From Nemertoderma westbladi (taxonomy: Eukaryota; Animalia; Xenacoelomorpha): a stretch of 64,000 bases of DNA. Shown here piece after piece: positions 46,353-59,400 of the stretch (its first letter is position 1; each line of letters opens with the position of its first letter). Position numbers and translations under genes: made by a program. Under the pieces are notes generated by a model that was given only the letters and a program-made list of their open reading frames with translations, was not told the DNA's origin and ran no database searches. The DNA lies in contig JAUCBJ010000174.1 in the NCBI GenBank assembly GCA_032718475.1, forward strand, positions 90,706-154,705, given 5' to 3'.

Positions 46353-48858
46353 ATTCGCCTAACCTCAGTTTATAGTGGGTGATGTGTCAGGGCATGTATG
46401 GTTTGTTCCATACGTGTCCCTGTTATTCCACAACATATTCAATGGAAAGGAGGTGGGTAATATCGACAGATATTGATATACCACAGGCTGTCAACGAGAA
46501 GGGAGTGCCTCTGCGACAGGAGCCTTTTAAGTCGAACTCCTTTGTACTTCTGTTTGTAGAAGCAGAGTACTTGGACGTTAGTAATTAGTTTAGGAATATA
46601 TTTAAACAGCATTGCTATTTTAGCATTGATATGTAATGTTTCCTAAATCAACTGTATGTATAGACAAATGGAATAAAGGTTCAGTAATACTTTGCGAGTT
46701 GAGTTGAGTACCACATAATTTTTCGTTATTTGTAAAAAGTACTTCATTTTATTATGATAAAATTTTTTAAGTAGGACGCCCAATGCTGAATATTTTAATC
46801 ACCATAATAGAACTTTAGAAAACGTACATTTATCGAAATTAAATAAGAATATCTGACATAAGTTTTCACACCTACGCCAGCACCAATAGCTACGCCCACA
46901 CGCTACTGCATACATGTAAGCGTAAGGTCCCTATTACATGGTATGCAAATTCTAAGCCAAATTATTTAGTTATATTAGTCGTCTGATAATTGTTTTAACC
47001 CTATTAAACCCGGGGGGGGGTCAATATGACCCCCCCCGTGGTTTTTTCATTATAATTCTGAAACAAACGCAGTTGGGAATCTGAAATTTTATGACTTTTC
47101 CTAAAAATCTATTGTCTTCATGGTAGTGAAAACCGTTTTCAAAAATATTGGGTACTTTTCGAGTTATAGCACCATTTTTTAACCCTACTTTTGGCACTTT
47201 TTTTGAGACGTTTTTTGAAAATTACATTTCATTAAATATGAATTGTAACATCTCGGTTTTTGATTTACACCGGTTTTTTGGTGTTAGAAATTGGATGGAA
47301 TTCATATAAATTGATTTAGAAATTTCAAACTTGTTTTTTTCGATGGGTGCCAAATTTTGGTGCCAGCACCAAATTTTGAAATAAGTCAATTTTGTAAATT
47401 GATTGTTTGAACCTTGTTTTTTACGCAATTTGGGTTTTTTGAGGTTCTGGATTCGATGAAATATATACGAGTTGAACCAAGCGTATCAAACTTGTATTTT
47501 TCGGTGCTGTGTGCTAATTTTGGTGCTAGCACGAAATTTTGAAAATCCATTCAATATATAAAATTGCTTGTGACAATTTATTTCTTGCGTTTTAGAGGTT
47601 TATGGCTGTTCTGAATTCAATGGAAAATATAATTATCGAACTAGACATCTCAAACTTGTATTTTTCGGATGTGGGTGCAAAATGTGGTGGTAGCACCAAA
47701 TTTTGAAAACCATCAAATATATCAATTGATTGTGTCACCTTGTTTCTTGCGTTATACGGGTGTGTGATGGTTCTGAATTCAATGGAATCAGTAAAAATTT
47801 CATACGAGTTCTCAAACTTGTATTTTTCGCCGGTGGGTGAAAATTTTTGTGCCAGCACCAAATTTTGGAAAATATGCAAATTGATAAGTAGATAGTATCA
47901 CCTTGTTTCTTGCGTTATACGGGTTTATGAGGGTCCTGAATCCGATGGAATCAATAAAAACAGCACTGGACATCGCAAACTTGTACTTTTTGGTGATGGG
48001 TACGAAATTTGGTGCTAGCACCAAAATTTGCTAAATTACGCCGAAAAATACAAGTAACAATGATCTGGCATATTATAAATGTATTCCATTAGAATCAGCC
48101 CCCTCGAAAACCTGAAAATGTGAATTTATAGCATCGTATAAGTGAATTAAAAATTTTGTGTTCTAACTGAAAAGTGCTGGTTACTTGTTTTTTTCATTTT
48201 TTTCCTACGCAGAGAGGACTAAACAGCCATTTATAGTAATCATATCATTTTTAAATATTTTCCAATGTATTTTGCACCCCAAAAAATTTGTATTGAAAAA
48301 TAATTAGCCGAAAATGTAACTTTCAAATTTTGTGAAAATTGTGCACTACTTTTAATTTTGGTGCTGCAATATAACCACCCCAGTACATTTTTTCGAAATT
48401 TTTTTTTTTCGGTTGGATCCAGACAAGTAATACCTACGTACAAACAAAAAATCAGACGTTTTCGTAAATATTTGTAGATTTTAGAGGGGGGGGTCAATAT
48501 GACCCCCTCCCGGTATTTGTACAACATTTTATAGCCCGGTACTAATAGGGTTAAGGCTAAGATGAGTTGGATGCTTACTTATAGTAGTAATAGTAACAAT
48601 ATTAAATAGTAGAACTTTGTATAATATTATTAAACTTCCTTCCAATATAGTGTATTGATCAGAGGATTAGCAATGAGGAGCTTCGTGCTCATGTTCAAGC
48701 GGAGGTCGCTCGCTACGGGGGAGGATGGGATATCTGTGGCTGGTCCAAGTCGTCGACTTTGACAGTAGATGAAATGGGCCAACGAGTATTTGAGTCGCCG
48801 AAGATACAAATTACGAGTGTGTCTCCAATACAGCAGTTTGGGTTCAGACAGTGGGCAG
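46353..48858 (+). other. Two candidate exons (about 46353-46576 and 48663-48858) of an uncharacterised Cys-rich gene or pseudogene
   Basis: GC-richer islands with AG/GT borders. A phase-0 join gives ...CPCYSTTYSMERRWVIS...VEAEYLD|RISNEELRAHVQAEVARYGGGWDICGWSK... Confidence 0.4.
46999..48550 (+). mobile_element. Complete non-autonomous piggyBac-type element (1552 bp)
   Basis: TTAA TSDs, CCCTATTA/TAATAGGG termini, GGGGGTCAATATGACCCCC subterminal palindromes and internal GGTGCTAGCACC-containing repeats. Confidence 0.92.
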
Positions 48859-50290
48859 GTATGAAAATGCGATTTAAAATGTGAATATCATTCACTCTAA
48901 ATTTATAATTCACTTATTTAGAGTATAGCTTGCAGTAGCCATATTATTTTTATTTATTTTATTTGTATTTTTAAAATATTGTATTTGTATAAATTTTTTA
49001 ACACTATACTTCCGAGATAAGGCAAAATACCATATCTTGAAAATTGTCATTTTGAAAATCAAGATTACATATCTCCTCACCCTCAACTCTCATTCTGGAA
49101 CTAGTCAATTTCAGTTCAAAATCAAAGTCAAAATGAGTTCAAACTAAGGGGTTAATTTCGAACTAGCGAGACTCGAACCCTATCCGGTTAGTTGGATAGG
49201 TTGTTATTCTCCATACAAAGTGGTTACAGTATGTCCCTCTTTTTTGGAAATAACAATCTACCATGTTTCATACATATCCGTCATAAATCGATTAGGAGTT
49301 TATTTACCAGAGTAGATGCGAGTAATAATAAACTTATCCAAGCGGTCACCAGGGTAACGTCCGCTACGTCGCGGATACGGGCCATGCTGGACTCTAGCCT
49401 ACTGTACTAAGGGCATTTTTATTATATTACCTAATATGCAATATATTTTTTTTTTTACTGGATGCTTACATAGTAAGCCTACCCTATATCCTACCCTACA
49501 TTACATACGTTGATTTAATTATAATAATACAATTTATTGTTTTACTGTGCTATATGGACGTCTGTATTATGTATTTAATTTTACTGATGTCTGGAATAAA
49601 TAAATAAATAAAAATAAATAAATAAATAGTAGGTATTTTGATTTACTTCCGTACCAATCCCAATAACTACTCGGAATTGGTAGGGCTAAGAAATCTATTA
49701 CCGACAAATTGCAGACTCAAAAGAAAGATGTTATTTTGCATGATTGATGAATTAGCAGAGAAGATGGAACAATATATTTCTGATCGACTCAGAAATATTT
49801 TCTAACTTATTACCGATTGTTAGCGCACACAACAAATCCCCAATTTTATCTCTGATCTTCTTAGTTTTATAATCCTCACAATATTAATTTGTTAATAATA
49901 TCAAAATATCGATGGTACTGTATACAGCTATATACCATAGTTACTTATAAGTGTAAATGATTTTACGTGTATCAACAGTACCGGGAATATGTGGTTACAT
50001 ATTAATCTGAGAGGTATGTCTGATTAAATGTAGTACAAACTCAAGCTAGGACCTATTATATACCTTTAGGGTATATGTTTATTATATATATTATATGCGG
50101 AAACCAAATAGTGGTATCACGCCATGGTAAATCAGACGGAACAATATTGCCATGAAATACTTAATTTGGTTAGATATTGTGAAGAATACATTCATATAAA
50201 GGTGACATGATATATTGTATTTCCTTTATGATAAGTAATAACAATTAACCTACCGGAGTTGCATCAATGAATTATTAATAAGAATGTCTT

Positions 50291-51820
50291 TGTAAAAGCT
50301 TTTGCGGACATAACTAGTCATTTTTACGCAATGCACAGAATACTCTAAAATAGCCCTAAAATTGTTCAACTACGCGTCGGAAAGAAATTAGAACCAAGAT
50401 GACGAAATCTGTCAGCTGATTCTTTGTGTACGTGGATGTTTCTTTGTTCAGGCTTATTCAGCCAATCAGAGCAATCTTCCCCATTATGCCAGTAGAGATC
50501 TACCTGAGGAAACTAGCGCAATGCATTATGGTTATGGTTTTTCTGAGAATTAGATTCATCTCAGAATTCTGTATTAAGTATGGTCATTTCAGACTTTGGC
50601 CCAGGAACATCTGATGGCCTTAGTTATAAGAACGTAAATCTATTAACTCTCTCAATTCGGATGACTGAATGACTGAACACATACTGACACTGCACTGTTT
50701 TACTGCTGTTTTATATTGTGTTAATAGTTGTTTATATTAATGGATGTTATATTTGGAGAATACCGATAAATAATCATAAACCCCCTCAATCTTCTTGATT
50801 ACTGAGGTAAGCGGAGAAAGAGTCTACCGGTAGCAACTGCGACTTAAATTATAGTGGTTTTGTGTGAATTAAATGCTATTTCATAATCCCTACGTGTGTC
50901 AGTTATAATCCTCCTTAGATATGATCAAATTCAGTGACGGCAAATTAGTGTGAAGTAGTGTAAAGTAGTGTGAAGTCGAGTGAAGGTTAATAAGGAATCT
51001 CCTTATTAATTAATTTACGAAACTCTGTGGCCATCTAGTTGTGATTAGTGTAAGCGCCACGTCCTAAAGGAACTGTTACTATTTCCCCGAAAGTAAATAT
51101 AGTTGTCAGAGATTATATAGTAGCGATCAATCGAATAATACAAAGTAGCTTACACCGCAATACTTCCTAAGGAACCCGAATCCAGTCTCCCATACCATGG
51201 GTCATACGCCGTGCACGAACTGGCTTCGGCAGATGTAACTTCAGTACACCATGTAATTGGTAAGGGCTAAAGTCGATTCATAATCAAAAGGACATTTAAA
51301 ATTGGCTGGTTAAACTGCTAAAGGTCTGAAAGCACGAACATTAATAGATTAATAGGCAATAAATATATTTTATCTAATGTTCTGGTGAGAACATTAATAG
51401 ATTTAGACTCTTTATTGCTCAGTAGGCAATAAAACCCAAAACGGACCGGTAGGATGGTAAACTGTAGGCCTGATCCGAACCGGTACTTACAGGTACAGCA
51501 GTATTAGTTCGATTGTGATAATTATATACTGGTAGGTCTTAATATTTAATCGGGGACTGCAGCGCTGGTTTTTATTAGGATTTTACTTATTTCTGTCAGT
51601 TTTATTCATCGGTAAGTGTAATATTGAGTAGAAGGCGTGTAAGCTTGCTCAGATTGTATATATAATTTGTAGGCTGGATTGTTGTCTAACTGTTGTTAGG
51701 TCTGAGGCGATTGCAGTGTATGTAGAGTGTCTGTCCGATAAAGTGCTAGTTAGGAAGGTGGAGGCATCCAGTGCTGTAAGGTAAATCCTCCATGAAAGAA
51801 TAAGTCGTACTACGTAGTTA
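50291..51820 (+). mobile_element. Diverged relative of the 3369-14546 BEL element: 5' LTR (50291-51340) plus part of the 5' UTR
   Basis: Starts TGTAAAAGCTTTTG and ends GGTCTGAAAGCACGAACA. Blocks match the reverse complement of 12800-14546. Confidence 0.85.
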
Positions 51821-52739
51821 GAATTATCGTAACTACGTAGTTATGACTTTATCACAATTAATTTTAATCTCTATTGTGCTAGCGCTATATTTGACTCAAA
51901 TTTATTGAAATTATTAAATTTAATATTATCTAGTAAGCACCTATAATAATACATGGACTTTAAGAATCGAAGCGTAGTCTACATATAGCATGTTACAAAA
52001 AAGGTCAAATAAAAATGACTAAAAAAAACATTTAAATAAAGTAAAGTACTTTTCTCATATTTTAAATAAATTTTACGAATTAAATATATGAACTTGTTAT
52101 TTTTATTACCAATCGAATAGAATAAAAGTAAATAATAAATTAATTATTACGCTGCAAGTGCTAGCACACTGCTTATAACCTAAGTGACACATGACAGGTA
52201 AAGGTGTGTTAATTATTAGATTAGTAAAAAATAATATGTAGAAAATAATAAGTTAGGGCGCCTCACACTGCACTCTTACAGGCATGTTTACTACAGTGGC
52301 GAGTCCAGTCGTTACTACACTGGAGCCTTTCTCTCTACCTAAGTGCCAACATGCTGGGCTTTACTTACACTGAGCCTCTATTCACTGGCTGTGATTGACA
52401 AGCCTACGTGCCTCAAGCGTCCCTTTCATGAATACCGCTGTTTTTATTTGGCCGTTTTGGTCATTTTGGTCACCAAAATGACCAAGTTATGGCTTATTGG
52501 GATTAGGACTGTAAATAAGCATAATTCAATTCAATTTGTTAACGTTTTTAGCGTTCGTTGCACCAGCACAACACTGGACACTTCAGTAACACATTTATTC
52601 GATTAACAGACCAGTACCCTACATTATACTCAATGCAAACATAGACATCACATTTTTTTTCATATAAATTAGTATTTGGGTACTAAAAGGAAAGGATAGT
52701 AAGGAACAAGAATTATTACAACCTAGCATTGCTACACCA

Positions 52740-53210
52740 CCTTCACCTGATCCTTAGATTCAATTACTTCGTGAGGAATATTATATAATATAGGATTTCA
52801 TCATTGGATGGATATATGTCGAAAATTGTCATGGATACGAAGGTTGTAGTGTTTTATAGTCAGACCAACCAAATGGAGAGATTCTGATTGGATTTTACAA
52901 TGTCGACACTTGGGAAGTAAGAAACTATTGCGTGATGAGATTGATAGTAGTGAATATATTTTATTACAACATTATCAACAATGGTGTTTTTCACGTGAGT
53001 ATAAATTAATCACAGATAGGAAACAGGTAACATCATCACTTATTACAAAATGGAGTCCCACAATTTATCGTACACAACATACCAATACTAGTCGTCGTTA
53101 TGCAGCCTGTTCGGATTCTTATAACACTGGAACCTCTACCTCAAGTAAATATTGAACCATTGATGGAAGAGATAACACCTTTCAGTGTCGATGTCGAACA
53201 CTTAGTATTG
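52740..53210 (+). mobile_element. Highly degraded BEL pol fragment (RNase H-integrase linker)
   Basis: EIDSSEYILLQHYQQWCFSREYKLI...KWSP resembles the BEL linker region. Confidence 0.5.
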
Positions 53211-53494
53211 CGAGGTGTAAGTTCAGTTAATTGTTGTACATTTCAATTTTAACTTCATTATTAAAATATAAATTATTTTTATATTTATTTAATAACCATA
53301 CTAATAACTATATAATTATAACTATATAATATTTAATATAAATATATATTAATATATTAAGAAATATTAATATAAATATATTATTTAAATTTTGTATTTT
53401 AGATTTTAGAATTATAGATGAATTTTAGATTATCAAATCGTATTTATTTGTCAAATGAGAGCGATTTTGTTAGTGTAGGACCTTCAAACAATAT

Positions 53495-53580
53495 TATCAT
53501 ATGATCATTATCATATGATAATAATATGATCATTATCATATGATAATAATATGATCATTATCATATGATAATAATAATAA
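53495..53580. repeat. Palindromic minisatellite
   Basis: ATATGATCATTATCATATGATAATA, about 3 copies. Confidence 0.8.
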
Positions 53581-54500
53581 GTGCTATTTAATAAAAAAAT
53601 TTTGTTACGAAATTTTTCATGAACAATGGAACGAAGTATATTTTTATTGTCATTTTCGAAAAAGTGGTTTAAAAAAAGCAAAACCTGTAAAGCGGAGGCA
53701 GATTTGTTTTAGTGTCAGTATATTTAAATTACTGTAGTATAATATTATACATGATATAACTATTTTATAATAACATTGTTTAAATTTTAGATTGATATTG
53801 TAGCTACTCATAATGGTGCAGTATGTAAAGGCACATATAGGCTATATCATAAGTGCCCATGTTTTCACAGAAACAACAGAGTATGGGTAATATAATAATA
53901 ACAAAGTATGGGTAATATAATGTGACTTAGTACTTCCAAATCTACCATTGGATGCCGAAGGAAATGATTTGAGATTAAATGCATTCAAATCCAATGACTT
54001 TACCGCCATGTTCATTGGGAATGCTGCAATGAATGTTAGTTAATTATATTAATAGAAGTTTTAGAAATTAATAAATTATTTTACAGTTTTTTTTTTTGAT
54101 CATCGACATTAAATTTTATGGAAATTTTGACGCTTGTCGATATTACGATAGTATGTTGGTTTGTCTGTTTCTCCGTTAGTATATTTTTGTTAAGCTATAT
54201 AAATATTTATCACCCTCTCCCCTACCTCCCACCATTATTATCGAGATACTTTATGTATGACTGTCCAGTTGCAAAAATGTTGAAGTATGTGTGATTTTGG
54301 TGTATGATTTATGTACTAGTAGCCTCGCCTAACTTTTGAGATATGTGTGAATATACCCCTTTCAAATGTAGAATTATATCACTACAAGTCCTTCCCATCT
54401 CCTCCCCATTTTTTGAGTTAGGATATCTCCGACTACAATTTCCCTCTTAAGTTTTACTGCTGTGGTAGATACGAATACATACCGTATTCAGTATGTTTAC

Positions 54501-57067
54501 TAGGGTGGAGTGAAAAAACTGATTTTTTGAATTACAATTCACAATAGCAAAAAAAAGTTGACCCATCATACTTGGAATCCGAAATATTTTCGATTTTGAA
54601 ATATGTCTTGAGGTGCCCCATGCGCTTTAGAATTTTCGAAAAATTCTCCTGAAATTCTCGAAAAAGCCTCTCTGCCAACTGTTTCTGTTGATCGTGTTGT
54701 TCAGTTACTGAAGGATTATGTTCTGAAATACCGAAACTTATTAAAGCCATATAAGGAACGGAAAGATAAACCATCATACAAATCAAAACTGGAACATTTT
54801 CAAACTGAATCATTTCTAATCTTCGATATTTCCTCTTGAAAATGTTTTAATCCGGAATCTTCCTGTAAATGTGAAATCTCACGCAAAATACCAAAGAAGG
54901 AAGTCCAATTTCTAATGGATCAGAGGGCAGATCGTAAAATGTACATCGGGTCTGTTGATTCTGCTGAAAGTTAAATAAGTTAAATTTAGAAAAATACTAT
55001 GCTGATAAGAGATCAATAGAAGCACCAAGTACTTCACAGGTAGTATAATTAGATAGTAGTGGAGATGACTCTGTTGCAGCGGACACAGACTCAGAAGATT
55101 CCGTAATCCATTTGTAGTGGTTAAACCAAAACAACAACGACGTAAATTTCCCACTATGGCAATTGTGGCAGATAGGTTTCAGATGTCTGATAGAGCAGTT
55201 GCTGCTCTATCAACTGCTGTACTACACGATGTAGTAATGGTGTCTTCAGAAAATATTTCTGAAGTAATTCAACGAGATAAAACTCGACGGGAGAGAAAAT
55301 CACTCCGACTTAACCTGTCAATAGAAGCCCATGATACCATAAATGATATTCAAGCGGTTTATTTTGATGGAAGAAGTGATAAAACTTTGGTATTAGTAGA
55401 TGCAAAGAGAAAAACGATTAAGGAAGAACATATATCATTAATTCAAGAACCAGATAGTATATATTTAGGCCAGGTTTCTCCATTTTCAAAGACTGCAAAG
55501 AACATCAGTAAGTCTATTTGTGATTTCTTTGATAACAATGGTATTCGTCTTGACAACTGGAAAGTAAATGGATGTGATGGGACAGTTACCAATACTGGAC
55601 ATCTAGGTGGAGTTATCCGGTTATGTGAACTACATGTCCAGCATCCATTGCAGTGGGTTGTCTGTTTACTTCACCATAATGAACTTTTACTGCGCCATAT
55701 GTTTGAACATCTTGATGGACCAACTACTGGACCAAAAAGTTACCGTGGTCCAATTGGTAAACATATAGAACATTGTGAATTGCTACCCGTTATTAAGTTT
55801 AGACCCATGTTTAAAGAGTTTAAGAAGATTGATGAATTCAATATAGACTCAACTGTCCTATTAAATGTAACCAGTGATCAGAAATATTTTATTTCTATTT
55901 GTTGTGGTATTTTAGAAGGACATATTTCGGATCGTTTGGCTTCATCCAACCCAGGCAAACTTTTTCATTCACGATGGCTTACAACAGCCAATCGCATATT
56001 GCGTTTCTATGTAGCTTCAGATATTCCTAGCAACAACCTAATTACACTATTAACATTTATACTAAGAGTTTATGGTCGCATGTGGTTTGATATAAAGCGA
56101 GATTGGTCTATACTGGATGGACCAAAACATGTATTCCACATGATTCAACGTTCTAAATATCTTCCTAATGATCTCCAAATTGTAGTGTGCAAGGTAGTAG
56201 AGAGAAACTCTTATTTTGCACATGCAGAATCTATTATCTTAGCAATGTTATTTGATGAAAAGAGCTACATTCGTGAACTTGCAGTGCGCCGAATCTTGAA
56301 GGCTAGATTGCAAAATAATAATAGACCTGAGGCTGTGAGACAGTATATGGTGCCAGCTCTTGTCATGACTATACCGAATTGATAAATTGGCATGGAACTA
56401 TGTTGATTAGTGAACCACCATTGACAATAGGAATGACCGAAGATGAACTCCGGAGTTTGAAGAAGGAGGCATTTCAAAGATATCCTTGTCACACACAGGC
56501 AGTGGAGCGATGTGTTAAGAATGTTACGGAAGCATCTGCTTCTGTCTGTGGTGCAAATGAACGCGATGGTTTTATAAGATCAAGAAACCATGCAAGGGAT
56601 ATAATGCCTAAATTCACAAAGAAAAGTGACTTCGTCGGTATTTGAATTCCTTAAAGAAACATTCGTTTGTTCCAATTTGAATTGTTGTCTTTCCTTCTTC
56701 TTCATACAACTGATATATTTGAACTATGGTTGTTTCAAAGTATCAATTTTATTTTTTCCTTTGAATTATCATTTTGTTGCTTGTTGTTTTGAATATATTA
56801 TTATAAATTTTTGGAAATAGTTCATATTCACCTTATCGATTTAGATTAAAACACTATTGCAATACAATAAAATAATTTCTAAAATAATTTTCTAGAAAAT
56901 TTTGCAAAAATGTCAGAAATTTCCATAATTTTCTAGGTTCATGGGGCACCTGAAGACACAACTCAAAATCGAAAATATTTTGGATTCCAGTTGTATGTAT
57001 GATGGGTCAACTTTATTTTGCTATTGTGAATTGTAATTCAAAAAATTAGTATTTTCACTCCACCCTA
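54501..57067 (+). mobile_element. hATm-type DNA transposon with TIRs of about 130 bp
   Basis: TAGGGTGGAGTGAAAA...TTTTCACTCCACCCTA termini and 8-bp TSD-like flanks ATGTTTAC/ATGTTTTC. Confidence 0.88.
55117..56645 (+). pseudogene. hATm transposase, N-terminally damaged, frameshift near 56370
   Basis: YFDGRSDKT, GCDGTVTNTG, VCLLHHNELLLRH, HSRWLTTANRILR and YPCHTQAVER. Confidence 0.88.
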
Positions 57068-58856
57068 ATGTTTTCGCATGTTGTTGAGATTCCGTTTCAT
57101 GGCGACTTTTGACATTCTTCAGTATATTTTGATACTCTTCATTTAGTCTAGATATCTCCTGTATTATTGACTTCATTGACTTCATTCCGGGAATATAGGA
57201 TTTATTCCATATTGCAACAACTTCATCAGCTACCTTGTGAGAAATATCGTTGGTTGTAGGTTGAACTGCTCTTCCTCCCTTTAGTACATGCCTTGTAGAT
57301 TGAAAATGCATTATTACATCTTTAAATGTTGGTAGTTGGTTTGGAAGCATTTCAGTGGGTAATATACCAAATATTTGACAAGTTTGTGAATGACGAGTTT
57401 GATGAAATGATTTTTTTCTACCTGTAGAATCGGGGGTATTAGGACCAGGAGTGGAATCAGCCATATCCATTGTATATAATATGATAAATATAGTGTAAGT
57501 CCGTTAGAATTAATATATTTTCAAAGGAATAAATTTATATTTAAATTTTTGATTTAAAGTTTTGATTTATATTTAAAAGGTATATTTTTTATACTTAATA
57601 TATTTTATATTATAGTTTTACCACTATTATTAATAAATATACTGTATTATTAATTAATATTTAAAGTTTAATAGTTGTGAAATCTTCTCTATCAAATGAA
57701 GATAATTTACACAAAGCATTAATCTTATCATATAAGAATTAATTTGTGAATTTCAAAATGCAATATCAACAAGAAAATACACCACATATCTCATAAATGA
57801 CCCATTGAATAAGGTCTATATGAGTGGTATGGTATGTCTGTATGTGGTGTGGTCCAAGTAGTGTTTGTTATGTAGTGTATTCTATGATTCCCAGAATTAC
57901 CTGCCATAAAGAAAAGCTAACGTCATATTAAACAGCCTATCTAAGGCAGTTATTTACCTACCTTAGTTACCTCACCTTAGTTCTCTCCACCTTATTCAAT
58001 GTGTAATTGAGACAACAGGATTGGCTATAATAATTAATTAACATTTTCTCTGCCCACAGGGATAGGGAAAGAGTGAGATTGATAGCGAAATACATATTTC
58101 AGTAGTGATCAAATCAGGCATGGAACTTGGTTTACACTCAAGAAGAAATCCAAACCTCTTTAACCCTATTAGTAGTACCGGGCTATAAAATGTTGTACAA
58201 ATACCGGGGGGAGGGGTTCATATTGACTCCCCCAACGTCTCAAAAAAAGTGCCAAAAGTAGGGTTAAAAAATGGTGCTATAACTCAAAAGTACCCAATAT
58301 TTTTGAAAACGGTTTTCACTACCATGAAGACAAAAAAATTTTTAGGAAAAGTCATAAAATTTCAGATTCCCAACTGCGTTTGTTTCAGAATTATAATGAA
58401 AAAACCACGGGGGGGGGGGGGTCATATTGACCCCCCCCCCCCGGGTTTATTAGGGTTAAATCGATTTCAACTATAGACTACAAAGTACATAGGTTTGCTG
58501 TAATATATCATCAATAATTAGGATGGAATTTGACGAATTCTTGCAACATTTAAAGGCCATGAGGCTCGGGTGGACTCATATGAATATAACAATTTTCCAT
58601 TTTATGTTGGTTTCCAACCTATTTGACATTGAATATTTGCTTCTTTCTTAACTTTTATCAAAAATACAAAATATCTGGGATTTTCAAAAATGGGATAGGC
58701 TTACCAAAAATTTTGTATTTTCAAGTGTCATGAGGCCCGCTTAGAATTTTTCGAAATCAAAATTTTTTTTTTGCCAAGTTAGTTTAGACTGATTTGGCAT
58801 CAGAAAAATAGTGCTTCCCTTAAAAATAAAGAAAAAAATTATTTCACTCCACCCTA
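57068..58856 (-). mobile_element. 5' part of a second hATm-type element
   Basis: TAGGGTGGAGTGAAA terminus at 58856 (minus strand) and an ORF fragment QLPTFKDVIMHF...VADEVVAIWNKSYIP resembling the N-terminus of these transposases. Confidence 0.7.
58164..58455 (-). mobile_element. Internally deleted 292-bp derivative of the 46999-48550 element
   Basis: Both termini present, with TTAA TSDs, in reverse orientation. Confidence 0.88.
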
Positions 58857-58929
58857 GTATACAATAGTGTAAATAATATTTTGATACCTACATAAACATA
58901 AATTATCACATATTATATAGAAACACTTT

Positions 58930-59400
58930 ATGGGATCAGGAGTTTCCAGGACAACGGTTTAAAGTACACGGCCGATCCTAAACTTCCTTTGTCCGTTCTG
59001 TATATGTCCAAATCTAGAAAAACTGAGCAAGAGTTCGAAAATTCAAAGGTGAATTGAATTCCCGTAGTACCGAACACCTCCTGGCATCCCTCATTATATT
59101 TATCTTTAATTCGTGTCTTCTCCTCCATTAAACTCTTCGAAAAGATTCCCTCGCCGTTGTCCATGAACGTACGGAAATATATGGCGCTGAACAGAGTAAC
59201 CAAACCCATGCGGGGCGGGTGTGGATTCTGTCCACCGTTAACACAGCTATCGATTTCCCGGCTGTACCCCCCATGCCCAAACCCTTTATTAGAAAGTAGA
59301 AAATTCCCTCGTGTTTGAAATATGTGTGTTCAATTACGTATTTCAGGAGTAAAACAACCTGTTAACAATCATATCCTGTGCTCTCTAAAATATCGATTTG
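58930..59400 (-). mobile_element. Degraded Penelope-like RT fragment
   Basis: FYFLIKGLGMG, YFRTFMDNG, IQFTFE, SVFLDLDI and VYFKP. Confidence 0.65.
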
